DNA from: a virus
Lineage: Duplodnaviria > Caudoviricetes
Virus record (IMG/VR): IMGVR_UViG_3300028048_000042
Length of the DNA: 64,000 nucleotides
Reading direction: 5' to 3' (one strand)
Shown here: one piece after another, positions 51,886 to 60,973 of the stretch
Layout of the letters: each line of letters begins with the position of its first letter
Numbering within the stretch: the first letter of the stretch is position 1
Notes under the pieces: generated by a model
Seen by the model: the letters and a program-made list of their open reading frames with translations, nothing else
Database searches by the model: none
What the model was told of the DNA's origin: nothing
Made by a program: the position numbers and the translations under genes

Positions 51886-52215
51886 ATGCACTTGAAAAAG
51901 AGCCAAAACAAAATTTTTGAAGAAATGGATATTCTCGAAGAACAGTTACAAGAGGATATTCTTCCAAATCTCTCTAAGCCTGATAAGGTTAGGCTATTAA
52001 ACAAGTTCCATGAAGAAATCGGCATTGAAAGAGTAAATGAACTCGATGAAGATTTGTTCATGAGTTGTGTGTTTTTGCTTGCTGAATGCTTGCACAACAA
52101 TGATTATATCTGCGATGAATTAAAATCAAAGAAATACCACAGGTGGGAGCATAAGCATAACAAGCTATTTCAGCAATGTTATGAAATGGAAACCGCCATG
52201 TATTATCAAGGTTAA
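51886..52215 (+). CDS. Hypothetical protein
   Basis: Promoter 7 bp after a palindrome; GGAGG RBS. Confidence 0.72.
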   Translation: MHLKKSQNKIFEEMDILEEQLQEDILPNLSKPDKVRLLNKFHEEIGIERVNELDEDLFMSCVFLLAECLHNNDYICDELKSKKYHRWEHKHNKLFQQCYEMETAMYYQG

Positions 52216-52329
52216 TCCTTGTGACAAAGAGGGGTAAATTCCCCTTTTTGTTTTACAAAATATTGAAAAAAAGTATTGACATATACACAGATATGTGGTA
52301 ATATATAATCAATGAAAGGGGAGATATAT

Positions 52330-52503
52330 ATGAAAACACTTAGAATTTCAGTAACAGGCATTGTGGACATTCCAGTGCCTAAAGAACTTGAAAATGAGGA
52401 TATTGATACCGTTTGGGAGAAAATGCAGGATGAAGTGTCAGGCATTAATTGCGGAGACTTATATTCCATTGATAGTGAGCCTTTGGATTTGGACGAGGAG
52501 TGA
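52330..52503 (+). CDS. Small acidic protein
   Basis: Promoter, RBS, terminator; similar in pattern to 57368. Confidence 0.68.
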   Translation: MKTLRISVTGIVDIPVPKELENEDIDTVWEKMQDEVSGINCGDLYSIDSEPLDLDEE

Positions 52504-52606
52504 ATAATTGCGATAAGGAAGGGGTTTTCCCTTCCTTTGAATTATGTTTGAATAAAGGATAAGACAGAAAAATTTGCCTTTGCACTTGTATTATAGGGGG
52601 AGAGAA

Positions 52607-52810
52607 ATGATTAAACTATTAATCAATATGGGGACACCTAAAATCGTAGCAGTAATAATGATTTGTTCTGCCATATTATATGGTTGTTTAATGCGATTTA
52701 TTCCACAAGATTTTCAAGCACTTTATGTTTTTCTTGGTTTGTTTTTTGTACCATTTTATGTTGCAATAATAGCTATATTAGTAGCTATTGTTAAGTTAAA
52801 ATATTCATAA
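52607..52810 (+). CDS. Small two-TM membrane protein
   Basis: Two hydrophobic segments. Confidence 0.62.
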   Translation: MIKLLINMGTPKIVAVIMICSAILYGCLMRFIPQDFQALYVFLGLFFVPFYVAIIAILVAIVKLKYS

Positions 52811-52824
52811 TGGAGGTAATTAAA

Positions 52825-53139
52825 ATGAAATGTGTAATTTGTGGTAAGGAAATAAAAAAAAGTATGTATATGAATGCGGTTCTTTGCAGTGATAAGTGTT
52901 TTTCTAAGCACTTTTGGCAGGAAACTCTTGACGATAATGCTATTATCATCAATGGAAAATGTTATCATATAGGAGATGAAAACGATACAGGTTATTTCCG
53001 TGGCTTTGGCGGTGCTAAATATACCATTAAAAAACATGATGGAACAATCATAGAAACGACAAATCTTTGGCTGAATGGCATTATCCCTAAAGAACTTTAT
53101 AAAGGCGATAACGCTGAATTTGTTTGGGATTATAAATAA
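52825..53139 (+). CDS. Zn-finger protein (close paralog of 54293)
   Basis: CVICG...CSDKC; GFGG...TTNLW. Confidence 0.78.
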   Translation: MKCVICGKEIKKSMYMNAVLCSDKCFSKHFWQETLDDNAIIINGKCYHIGDENDTGYFRGFGGAKYTIKKHDGTIIETTNLWLNGIIPKELYKGDNAEFVWDYK

Positions 53140-53152
53140 TTGGAGGGTAAAA

Positions 53153-53356
53153 ATGAATAACGATACACTAAAACGAAAAAACCTTATATGGCTTGATGGT
53201 GGCGAAGTTAAGAGTGTTGATTTTGGCTATGATTGGCATACAAATGTCAAACCGCAAGCATTCATTAAAGCGGAGTCTGAGGTAGAAGTTGATAACAAGG
53301 CAGTTATTTACGACAGAAAACGCGATGGAGAAAAACACAGAAGTATATTGGATTGA
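53153..53356 (+). CDS. Hypothetical protein
   Basis: GGAGG RBS, terminator. Confidence 0.62.
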   Translation: MNNDTLKRKNLIWLDGGEVKSVDFGYDWHTNVKPQAFIKAESEVEVDNKAVIYDRKRDGEKHRSILD

Positions 53357-53551
53357 GGATAAAAGCAGGGAAAAATAACCCCTGCTTTTTGTTTATTTAC
53401 AATAAGGTAAATTCCTAAATAATCAGACAATTTAGGAATTTATATAAAGAATACAATAAAAAGTAACGACATACAAATAAAAAACTTGAATTCTTTTGCG
53501 AAAGATGTTACAATATAGGTAAAGAAAAATACATAACAGGAGGTAATTAAA

Positions 53552-53797
53552 ATGACTAAAAACATTAATGTTCGAGGATTAAGAGAAATATTAAGGAAGT
53601 TTGATGAAGATGGCTACCATGTGCAAGCTACTCATTGGTCTATTGGTAGAGGTGGATATGACCTTCAATGGGAATTATATTATGACGGAATCCCTGTTGT
53701 TGATTGTGTAGATGATGAAATTTCGAATCTTTGTTTATCAGAAAAAGATTTCAAACGAATAGCAAAAATCATTCGTGAGGAATATTCCATACGCTAA
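53552..53797 (+). CDS. Hypothetical protein
   Basis: Promoter and AGGAGG RBS. Confidence 0.72.
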   Translation: MTKNINVRGLREILRKFDEDGYHVQATHWSIGRGGYDLQWELYYDGIPVVDCVDDEISNLCLSEKDFKRIAKIIREEYSIR

Positions 53798-53921
53798 AAA
53801 AATCTTAAAATTTTTCAAAATAAGTATTGACATGCACGCAGAACAATGGTATAATATAATTAAAGATAAGGGATAAAACAAATCCCACAAAGTGTGTTTT
53901 AACCAATAGGAGGTAGTCAAA

Positions 53922-54023
53922 ATGAACAAGAACTCAAAGACCATCAAAGTTGCCAACATGAGCAAGGACGAATTTCGTAAACTGATTCAGACTTTGCAGG
54001 AAGTCGCCCATTTCAGCAAATAA
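53922..54023 (+). CDS. 33-aa peptide
   Basis: AGGAGG RBS; MNKNSKTIKVANMSKDEFRKLIQTLQEVAHFSK. Confidence 0.62.
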   Translation: MNKNSKTIKVANMSKDEFRKLIQTLQEVAHFSK

Positions 54024-54046
54024 CAATCAAAAGGGAGGTAATTAAA

Positions 54047-54154
54047 ATGAAGGTTCAATACATTAACAAAAATTGGAATACCATCAATTATCGTTACCGC
54101 CGTATCAAAGCAATTCTTAAAGCAACGTTGCTGACGAAAACAGTTACCGCTTGA
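54047..54154 (+). CDS. 35-aa basic peptide
   Basis: GGAGG RBS; MKVQYINKNWNTINYRYRRIKAILK...; terminator follows. Confidence 0.62.
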   Translation: MKVQYINKNWNTINYRYRRIKAILKATLLTKTVTA

Positions 54155-54292
54155 TTGAAAGGGGAGGAAATTCCTCCCTTTTTTATTTTAATCAGTATGC
54201 GATATTTTTTAAAAAAAGTATTGACATATATATATAATTATGATATTATAATAATGTAAACAAAAACAAATACCCAATAGGAGGTAATTGAA

Positions 54293-54601
54293 ATGAAATG
54301 TGTAGTTTGCGGAAAAGAAATTAAAGAATCCATGTTTAGTGATGATGTTATTTGTAGCCATGATTGCTTTACCAAGCACTTTTGGGAAAAAACGCTTGAT
54401 AAAAAAGCCATTATCATTAATGGAGAATGTTACCATATCGGTGAGGAAAGTGGTAGATATTGTGGCGTTGGTGGTGCTAAATATACCATTAAAAAGCATA
54501 ATGGAAAAATCGTAGAAACAACGCATCTTTGGCAAAGCGGAACTATCCCTAAAGAATTCTATAAAGGGGATAATGCTGAATTTGTTTGGAATCGTAAATA
54601 A
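54293..54601 (+). CDS. Zn-finger protein (close paralog of 52825)
   Basis: CVVCG...CSHDC; near-identical C-terminus. Confidence 0.78.
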   Translation: MKCVVCGKEIKESMFSDDVICSHDCFTKHFWEKTLDKKAIIINGECYHIGEESGRYCGVGGAKYTIKKHNGKIVETTHLWQSGTIPKEFYKGDNAEFVWNRK

Positions 54602-54616
54602 TTGGAGGGAAACAAA

Positions 54617-54886
54617 ATGAGAATCAAACATTGGCAGGGATATGGAATTATCAACGCTTTTCGTATTAAAGATAGGTCAGCTACACTTCATATTCAAGTA
54701 AAGGGAAATCATGAATATGGTATTGAATGTCCTACGCATATTGTTTATGATTGGCTTGTTCGTAGATTTGACAAAAGTTTTGACAGTCAATCAGAATGGG
54801 AGAAACGTTATCCAAAGATTGAAACGAAAAGCAGTTATGATTATGAAAAGCATGAAGATGTTTGCGATTATTACTTTTACTATTGA
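54617..54886 (+). CDS. Hypothetical protein
   Basis: GGAGG RBS. Confidence 0.72.
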   Translation: MRIKHWQGYGIINAFRIKDRSATLHIQVKGNHEYGIECPTHIVYDWLVRRFDKSFDSQSEWEKRYPKIETKSSYDYEKHEDVCDYYFYY

Positions 54887-55104
54887 AAAGTTATCAATCA
54901 AGAACTAACTGAGTTTAACACAAGCAGGGAAAACAATCCCTGCTTATTGTTTATTCACAAGAAAGTAAATTCCTAAACTTTCAGACTATTTAGGAATTTG
55001 TATAAAAAACATTCTCAAAAAAAAGTATTGACATATATATACCGTTCTGTTATAATAGAATCATAGAGAAAAGATAACGAATAGATGTTATGGAGGTATT
55101 TATC

Positions 55105-55476
55105 ATGAAAATCACTCGTTCAGAAATCAAAACCGAAGTTAGCTATGAGGTTCGTTTTTTTGTTGATAAAAACGGTGGCTATGGTTTCCCTTGTGATGAA
55201 TATGGGAACATTTTGAAAGATGAAATGACTAAGCAGGCTATCGAAAACTATGAATGGTGTCTGAGTAGGGAAGAAGAATTTCCTTACCTTTTCAATGATG
55301 TTGTGAAAAAAACGCATACTTACCGTGAACCTGCTCATGGCACTTGCAAATGCGGTGAGGAAGTTTATATGGTTAATGATTATATGGGAGCAGTACAATG
55401 CCCTAAATGCGGTCAGTGGTATAATTTGTTCGGACAAGAACTTCTTCCTCCTGAACAGTGGGAAGAAGATTATTAA
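55105..55476 (+). CDS. Zn-ribbon protein
   Basis: CKCG...CPKCGQWYNLFGQEL. Confidence 0.75.
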   Translation: MKITRSEIKTEVSYEVRFFVDKNGGYGFPCDEYGNILKDEMTKQAIENYEWCLSREEEFPYLFNDVVKKTHTYREPAHGTCKCGEEVYMVNDYMGAVQCPKCGQWYNLFGQELLPPEQWEEDY

Positions 55477-55547
55477 GAGGGAAGCAGGTCATTAAGACCT
55501 GCATGGTTACAAAGTTGATTAAGATAATGTTTTGGAGGTTGATTAAA

Positions 55548-55730
55548 ATGACAATGGAACAGGTAGCAAAACAGTTGTTTGATGGTATGGAAATGCAATA
55601 CGAACACGAAAAAACGTTTATTTTGGAACGTTTGGAAGAATTGCGAAAAGAGCATAATTGGACGATTGAGCAATTAAATGAATATTGTTGGGAGGATTCC
55701 ACTAGAGCATTTGATTACATTTTTGGTTGA
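55548..55730 (+). CDS. Small acidic protein
   Basis: GGAGG RBS. Confidence 0.68.
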   Translation: MTMEQVAKQLFDGMEMQYEHEKTFILERLEELRKEHNWTIEQLNEYCWEDSTRAFDYIFG

Positions 55731-56055
55731 TGCTTGTAGACCTTAATAGTGAAAATCTATTAAGGTTTTTTATTTTTGGTATTGACATACATATCAATCC
55801 TTGGTATAATATACTTGTAAATGATATTACATTAACAAATGGGGAAGGTGAAAAACACCTTCCTTTTTTATGTTCAAAAAGATTACCAATCCTTCGGATT
55901 ATCTATTCTTCTAATTCCTAAATTTTCAGACTATTTAGGAATTAGTCACAAGCCACTCATTCAAAATTTTTCATAACATATATCAAAAATACTTGACTTT
56001 TCTCTTATTTGTGTTATAATGTACTTGAAAATAATCTCAACAGGGGGTAATTGAA

Positions 56056-56322
56056 ATGAAAACGAAAATTGCTTATATTACAAAAGATGATAAAATGTTT
56101 TTTAATAAATCCGAAGCTATTGAGCACGAAGCTAAACTGTTTGGATTGACTGTTGATGAATACCATACGCTTAAAAAGTTGGAACAGATTGAACGTGATT
56201 GTTCTTTTGCAATCTCACATAGCAAAAATGAGGAAACGGAAAAGGCTTTTGATAAAGCTATTAATGATGTTATAATTTTCAGAAAAGCCCATAACCTTGA
56301 TGAAACGGATAACCTTATTTAA
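56056..56322 (+). CDS. Hypothetical protein
   Basis: Promoter and RBS. Confidence 0.72.
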   Translation: MKTKIAYITKDDKMFFNKSEAIEHEAKLFGLTVDEYHTLKKLEQIERDCSFAISHSKNEETEKAFDKAINDVIIFRKAHNLDETDNLI

Positions 56323-56337
56323 CAGAGGTGGACAAAA

Positions 56338-57288
56338 ATGGATATTATCGAGGTTTCTGAATTAGCTAAACGCTACTTTGAAAACATTGATTTGTTAGCA
56401 AAAAATCATTTTACCCATTGCAATCCTTGTTTTAAAAATATGAAACTAACGTTTGCTACAACCAACTTAGAACAAAGTACCGCAGTTGATTATATTAACA
56501 AATGTGGATTTACACATGGCGAAATAATTTGCAAAACAATTACATTGTCGGAAGAAGATAAAGTCAAATATCGTAAACAAGATTTGCAGATATATGAATT
56601 GGCATTTGCCAATATTAACAAAAAACTAAATACGAACTATACAATTATGAATTTTCCTTTTATGCCTAACAAGCATGATGTAAATAATGCTATTCGTCTA
56701 TTTAGAAAACGTTTGGTTACAAATGGATTCTTAAATGCTAAATATCGCCTTGAATACAAGGTAAATATGTATGTTGATTCTGAAATTGTAAATTTCGGTT
56801 CTTATGCAATTTGCCTTGATGAATTTGGCACACCGATTGATGATACATATCTAATATTAAATAGCGACAGTTGGTTTCTTAATAAAATGTCTGATTTGGA
56901 CGTTGATTATGATGAACGTTTACAGGCTAGTTGTGTAATTAAACTATTTAATGAGTTTATCTATTTTGCGTTACAAATGATGAACTGTAACAATGTGGTG
57001 GTTGATGTTCCTAAAAAACACAATCATATACATAAGAAAAAACATAAAAAGAATACTCATTATACTGTTACAATTGTCCCTTATGGCAATAGAAAACGTT
57101 ATGTAGGGGAAACTATACATACAGGCGATAAGCGTGCCTTACACAAGCGCAGAGGTCATTTCAAGGACTATACAAAGGGTAAAGGTCTGTTTGGCAGATT
57201 GAAAGGTATCTATTGGTTTGAGGAACTTGTGGCAGGTTCACTTAATGAAGGTCTTTCCACAAAAGATTATAAAGTTACTTTTTCATAA
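56338..57288 (+). CDS. Hypothetical protein with basic C-terminal HxRRGH motif
   Basis: RALHKRRGHFK...IYW; 316 aa. Confidence 0.75.
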   Translation: MDIIEVSELAKRYFENIDLLAKNHFTHCNPCFKNMKLTFATTNLEQSTAVDYINKCGFTHGEIICKTITLSEEDKVKYRKQDLQIYELAFANINKKLNTNYTIMNFPFMPNKHDVNNAIRLFRKRLVTNGFLNAKYRLEYKVNMYVDSEIVNFGSYAICLDEFGTPIDDTYLILNSDSWFLNKMSDLDVDYDERLQASCVIKLFNEFIYFALQMMNCNNVVVDVPKKHNHIHKKKHKKNTHYTVTIVPYGNRKRYVGETIHTGDKRALHKRRGHFKDYTKGKGLFGRLKGIYWFEELVAGSLNEGLSTKDYKVTFS

Positions 57289-57367
57289 AAAAAATGCTTG
57301 ACATACATTCATATATATGTTATTATAACAATGTAAACAAAAACAAAACATTATGGAGGTCTTACTT

Positions 57368-57601
57368 ATGAAAAAGTTGTATGTAGAAGCCACAGAGGTT
57401 GTTAATTGGAAGGGTTATATTGAAGTGCCTGACGATTTCGATTTGGAAAAAGCAAAAGAGGAAGAAAACAGATTTTCAAATAGCTCTTGGATTTCTGATG
57501 ATGCTTTGAACGAATATCTTTTGGAAGCACAGGACAACACCATGTTCGTGGCAGATTGTGATGGTATGATTCTTCGACACATTGATGAAGAAGAAAGATA
57601 A
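57368..57601 (+). CDS. Small acidic protein
   Basis: Promoter, GGAGG RBS, terminator. Confidence 0.72.
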   Translation: MKKLYVEATEVVNWKGYIEVPDDFDLEKAKEEENRFSNSSWISDDALNEYLLEAQDNTMFVADCDGMILRHIDEEER

Positions 57602-57837
57602 AACATATCTTATCAGAACAAAAAAGAGACAGGGATTTAACCACCTGTCTTTTTTTTGTTCTACACATTATACAAATTCCTAAAAATTCAGACAATTTAG
57701 GAATTTTTTCTAATAAAATTAAACAAAAAGTTTTTCACAACATACGCTTGCATTTTATATTTTTCTGTGATATAATGAACACATAAGGTTAAGAGATGCT
57801 TTGTAGAAAATCAACTACCATATAGGAGGTAATTAAA

Positions 57838-58104
57838 ATGAATATGATTAGTTGTTGGGAAAAGATGTTGACTTTGATTTCACCATTGGAAAATGGAGAT
57901 ATTGAAGAAGGAAAAACTATATTCCTTGATGAAAGTTTTACGGAGTTTTTGGACTTTTGTAAGGAGAAAGGTTGTTTCCCTACGGAAGATGTATTTACGG
58001 TTATTCGTTACGGCGTATGTGATTATGAAGATGGAGACAGTAATTATTCCGAGGAAAACTATGAACGTAAAAATCAGCTTTTGAACGTTTTGTTTGATGA
58101 ATAA
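57838..58104 (+). CDS. Small acidic protein
   Basis: Promoter and AGGAGG RBS. Confidence 0.72.
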   Translation: MNMISCWEKMLTLISPLENGDIEEGKTIFLDESFTEFLDFCKEKGCFPTEDVFTVIRYGVCDYEDGDSNYSEENYERKNQLLNVLFDE

Positions 58105-58136
58105 ATACCAACATTTGATATTGGGAGGTAAGTACA

Positions 58137-58295
58137 ATGACTTATGAAAATGCGAAGAACCTTCACAACGAAGATGAAGTGGTTGTAAAGAAAACAGGTG
58201 CAATTATGCAGGTAGTAGAAACTACTGTATTCAATGATTTCGTGGAAGTTATGTTGGAAGATGGCAACACCTATCGTCACGATGAATTGAAATAA
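58137..58295 (+). CDS. Small protein (52 aa)
   Basis: GGAGG RBS; MTYENAKNLHNEDEVVVKKTG... Confidence 0.65.
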   Translation: MTYENAKNLHNEDEVVVKKTGAIMQVVETTVFNDFVEVMLEDGNTYRHDELK

Positions 58296-58354
58296 TTATG
58301 ATTTTAACAAAATATAGTATTGACAATTAACTCTTGTTTGTGATATAATTAAAA

Positions 58355-58678
58355 CATAAAGAATCACATTTGAAAGGTGGTGAATGACAATGTTGAAATA
58401 CGCAGTTATGCGAAAACTTTTCAAGATGGCAATAGTCGGCTTTCGTTAGTTATCTTAACTGAATTTACAACGATTATTTAATTAAAAAATTTAACTAATA
58501 TTTAAGAGAAAGACAGGGAATACTCGGCAATTGTCGAAAGCCTTGTATCGTCCCTGCTCTTTGATGATTTTCTGAACAACAAATGGTTCAACCGTAACTC
58601 CCATTTGTTATCTGAAATGACTAACTGTATATATCTGAATCATAAGAAAGACAGGAACTCAACCGCCTGTCTTTTTTT
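58355..58678 (+). ncRNA. Putative structured small RNA / peptide-encoding RNA
   Basis: Promoter-to-terminator unit; stems 58514-58523/58545-58556 and 58578-58586/58601-58609; terminator 58647-58678. Confidence 0.45.
58390..58449 (+). CDS. 19-aa basic/hydrophobic peptide MLKYAVMRKLFKMAIVGFR
   Basis: AAAGGTGGTG RBS; own promoter TTGACA 58320/TATAAT 58344. Confidence 0.45.
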   Translation: MLKYAVMRKLFKMAIVGFR

Positions 58679-58826
58679 ATACTTTACATTAAATAAATTC
58701 CTAAATTTTCAAACTATTTAGGAATTTATAGAATCATTTAAGATGTTCTTGGAGTTAAAAAATATTGACTGAGTATATTGTTTATTGTATAATAAGATTA
58801 GAATAATAAAAAAGAGGGAAATTCTA

Positions 58827-59024
58827 ATGGGGAAATTCAAAAGTTGCGAAAATTGCAAACACGCTCAAATTGATTGGTTTGGATTTTGGTTCGGTAGTGG
58901 GCCTTTTTTTTATCAATTTGAATGTAATGCAAAAAATATATGTGATATGAAATCTCGTGATGAAATATATGAGGAAACGAATTGCGATAAATGGCAAGAT
59001 TGTGAAATGGATAATTCACATTAA
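58827..59024 (+). CDS. Small Cys-rich protein
   Basis: CENCKH...C...C pattern; GAGGG RBS. Confidence 0.62.
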   Translation: MGKFKSCENCKHAQIDWFGFWFGSGPFFYQFECNAKNICDMKSRDEIYEETNCDKWQDCEMDNSH

Positions 59025-59113
59025 ATTCTATTTCGTAAAAAAAAGTATTGACAAAGCACATTATTTTTGATACAATATAACCATAAAGGAACACCTAATA
59101 GGAGGTAATAAAA

Positions 59114-60190
59114 ATGGATATTAAAAATTTGGCGCAATTCTTAAACAATGGCAATGATAAGGTTTTACAGGTAGAATATGACGGACGACTTCGCCTATTC
59201 GTTAAAATCGTTGATGAAAAAACACAAAGCGTTGATGTTTTTTGTGGGACTTTTGGGACAAGAGAATCAAACCATACTTTAAAGAAATGTTTTACGTTCT
59301 TCCCTAAAAAAAATACCATTGTGTTTGTTGATGGGCTTCCGCATGAAATGTTTATTTTGTATGGATTTGACGATAAAAATATAATGGAACTTTTGAAAGA
59401 ACAAGGATTTGTTTGCACCACTTTTAAGGACTTGACAAAGGAATTGGTAAACAAATATACAGACTATGTTAAAACAAGTCTTATGAAAAAATATCCAACG
59501 TTTGAATCCCTTAAAGAACAGTACGACCAACATTATAATGAGGATTGGTATAACTCGCAAGCTAAACAGTATCTTATGGCAAAAAAAGAACCTACATTAA
59601 TAATTGATATTCCGTCCTCTATTCAACAAAGCAATGAGGGTTTGTTAATTGATATTTGGGCAAATGATAATGTGCAGACAGCCGTAGAGATATATGCTGA
59701 ACGAATGGAAAGTCAGAATATCCAATTGTTGTTTTCATACTATGCAATGTTAAAAGCAATGAAGGACAACAAACTGACAAATGAAGAAAAAGAAGCATCT
59801 GACAAAGCAAATAAAATCTTGAATTTTGTCAAAATCAATAAAGCAAAATCCGTTACTATGGTATATGACACTGCGGAAATGCTTGCAAAAGCCAATGAAA
59901 TTGTCAACTGTGATGATTTTGAAACAAAACATCGTTATGGCTATCAGTCAAGCATGAAACAAATTTTAAGCTATTTGAAAGAACATAATGAAATTGAATT
60001 TAAAGTAAAAAACGAATACGGAGATATTGTTAAATCTAGCACCACTGATTTTTTAAGTACATATAATACCAATTTAAGTTCTATATTTAGGTTGGGAAGA
60101 TATGATTCGTTCCCTATTGAAATTGCGAAAATGTTTGGAAACCCAAAATACATGAAAGATTGTCTGTATCGAGGTAAATCTATTCTGTGA
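59114..60190 (+). CDS. Hypothetical protein, family A
   Basis: KSVTMVYD...LYRGKSI. Confidence 0.78.
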   Translation: MDIKNLAQFLNNGNDKVLQVEYDGRLRLFVKIVDEKTQSVDVFCGTFGTRESNHTLKKCFTFFPKKNTIVFVDGLPHEMFILYGFDDKNIMELLKEQGFVCTTFKDLTKELVNKYTDYVKTSLMKKYPTFESLKEQYDQHYNEDWYNSQAKQYLMAKKEPTLIIDIPSSIQQSNEGLLIDIWANDNVQTAVEIYAERMESQNIQLLFSYYAMLKAMKDNKLTNEEKEASDKANKILNFVKINKAKSVTMVYDTAEMLAKANEIVNCDDFETKHRYGYQSSMKQILSYLKEHNEIEFKVKNEYGDIVKSSTTDFLSTYNTNLSSIFRLGRYDSFPIEIAKMFGNPKYMKDCLYRGKSIL

Positions 60191-60427
60191 TTAACATTGA
60201 TAAATGGGTAGGTGAGAAATCACCTGCCTTTTTATTTGCTCAAAACTGCTATATAAATTCCTAAATTTTCAAACTATTTAGGAATTTATATAATTATTTT
60301 TTTAAAAATTTTTTTAAAAAAAAATGTATAAACATGGTTGACATATACTCAATTTTTTGATACAATAAAGTCATGAGGTTGAGACATACCTTATAGAAAA
60401 TCAACTACCATGTAGGAGGTAATTAAA

Positions 60428-60781
60428 ATGATTTTTTGGGTAAAGGATTTGGAAAACCACGATACGATTTATTATGGCGAAGATAAACGAGAAATGAGAA
60501 AGGCAATTCGGTCTTATGCGGAGCAGGTCGAAGGTATGGAGTTCTTAGATTACTCTATTGCAAAAATCGAACCAATTGGTTTAAATGCAAAGGAAATAAA
60601 AAACGTCCTCAGTTATACAGTAAGGGATTGGGATAAGCCGAAAGGACAGAAAACCTTGTTTTATAAAGGTACTTCCTTGAAGGAAGCAAAGGAAATTGCA
60701 AAGAAACACAATCTTGACCGCATCAACAGATGGACAATTATGGAATGTGTTTGTAATCACACCATGACATATACATTCTAA
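60428..60781 (+). CDS. Hypothetical protein with internal duplication
   Basis: WVKDLE...IYYGEDKRE / TVRDWD...FYKGTSLKE. Confidence 0.72.
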   Translation: MIFWVKDLENHDTIYYGEDKREMRKAIRSYAEQVEGMEFLDYSIAKIEPIGLNAKEIKNVLSYTVRDWDKPKGQKTLFYKGTSLKEAKEIAKKHNLDRINRWTIMECVCNHTMTYTF

Positions 60782-60973
60782 ACAAAGAGGGGAGAAATCC
60801 CCTCTTTTATTTTCTTCATATTTATATAAATTCCTAAATTTTCAAACTATTTAGGAATTTACCCAATTATTATCGCAAAATTTTTTTCAATAAATATAAA
60901 AAAACACTTGTATTTACATGCGTGAAATGTTATAATTAGATTATAGAAAAACACCTAACAGGAGGGAATTGAA

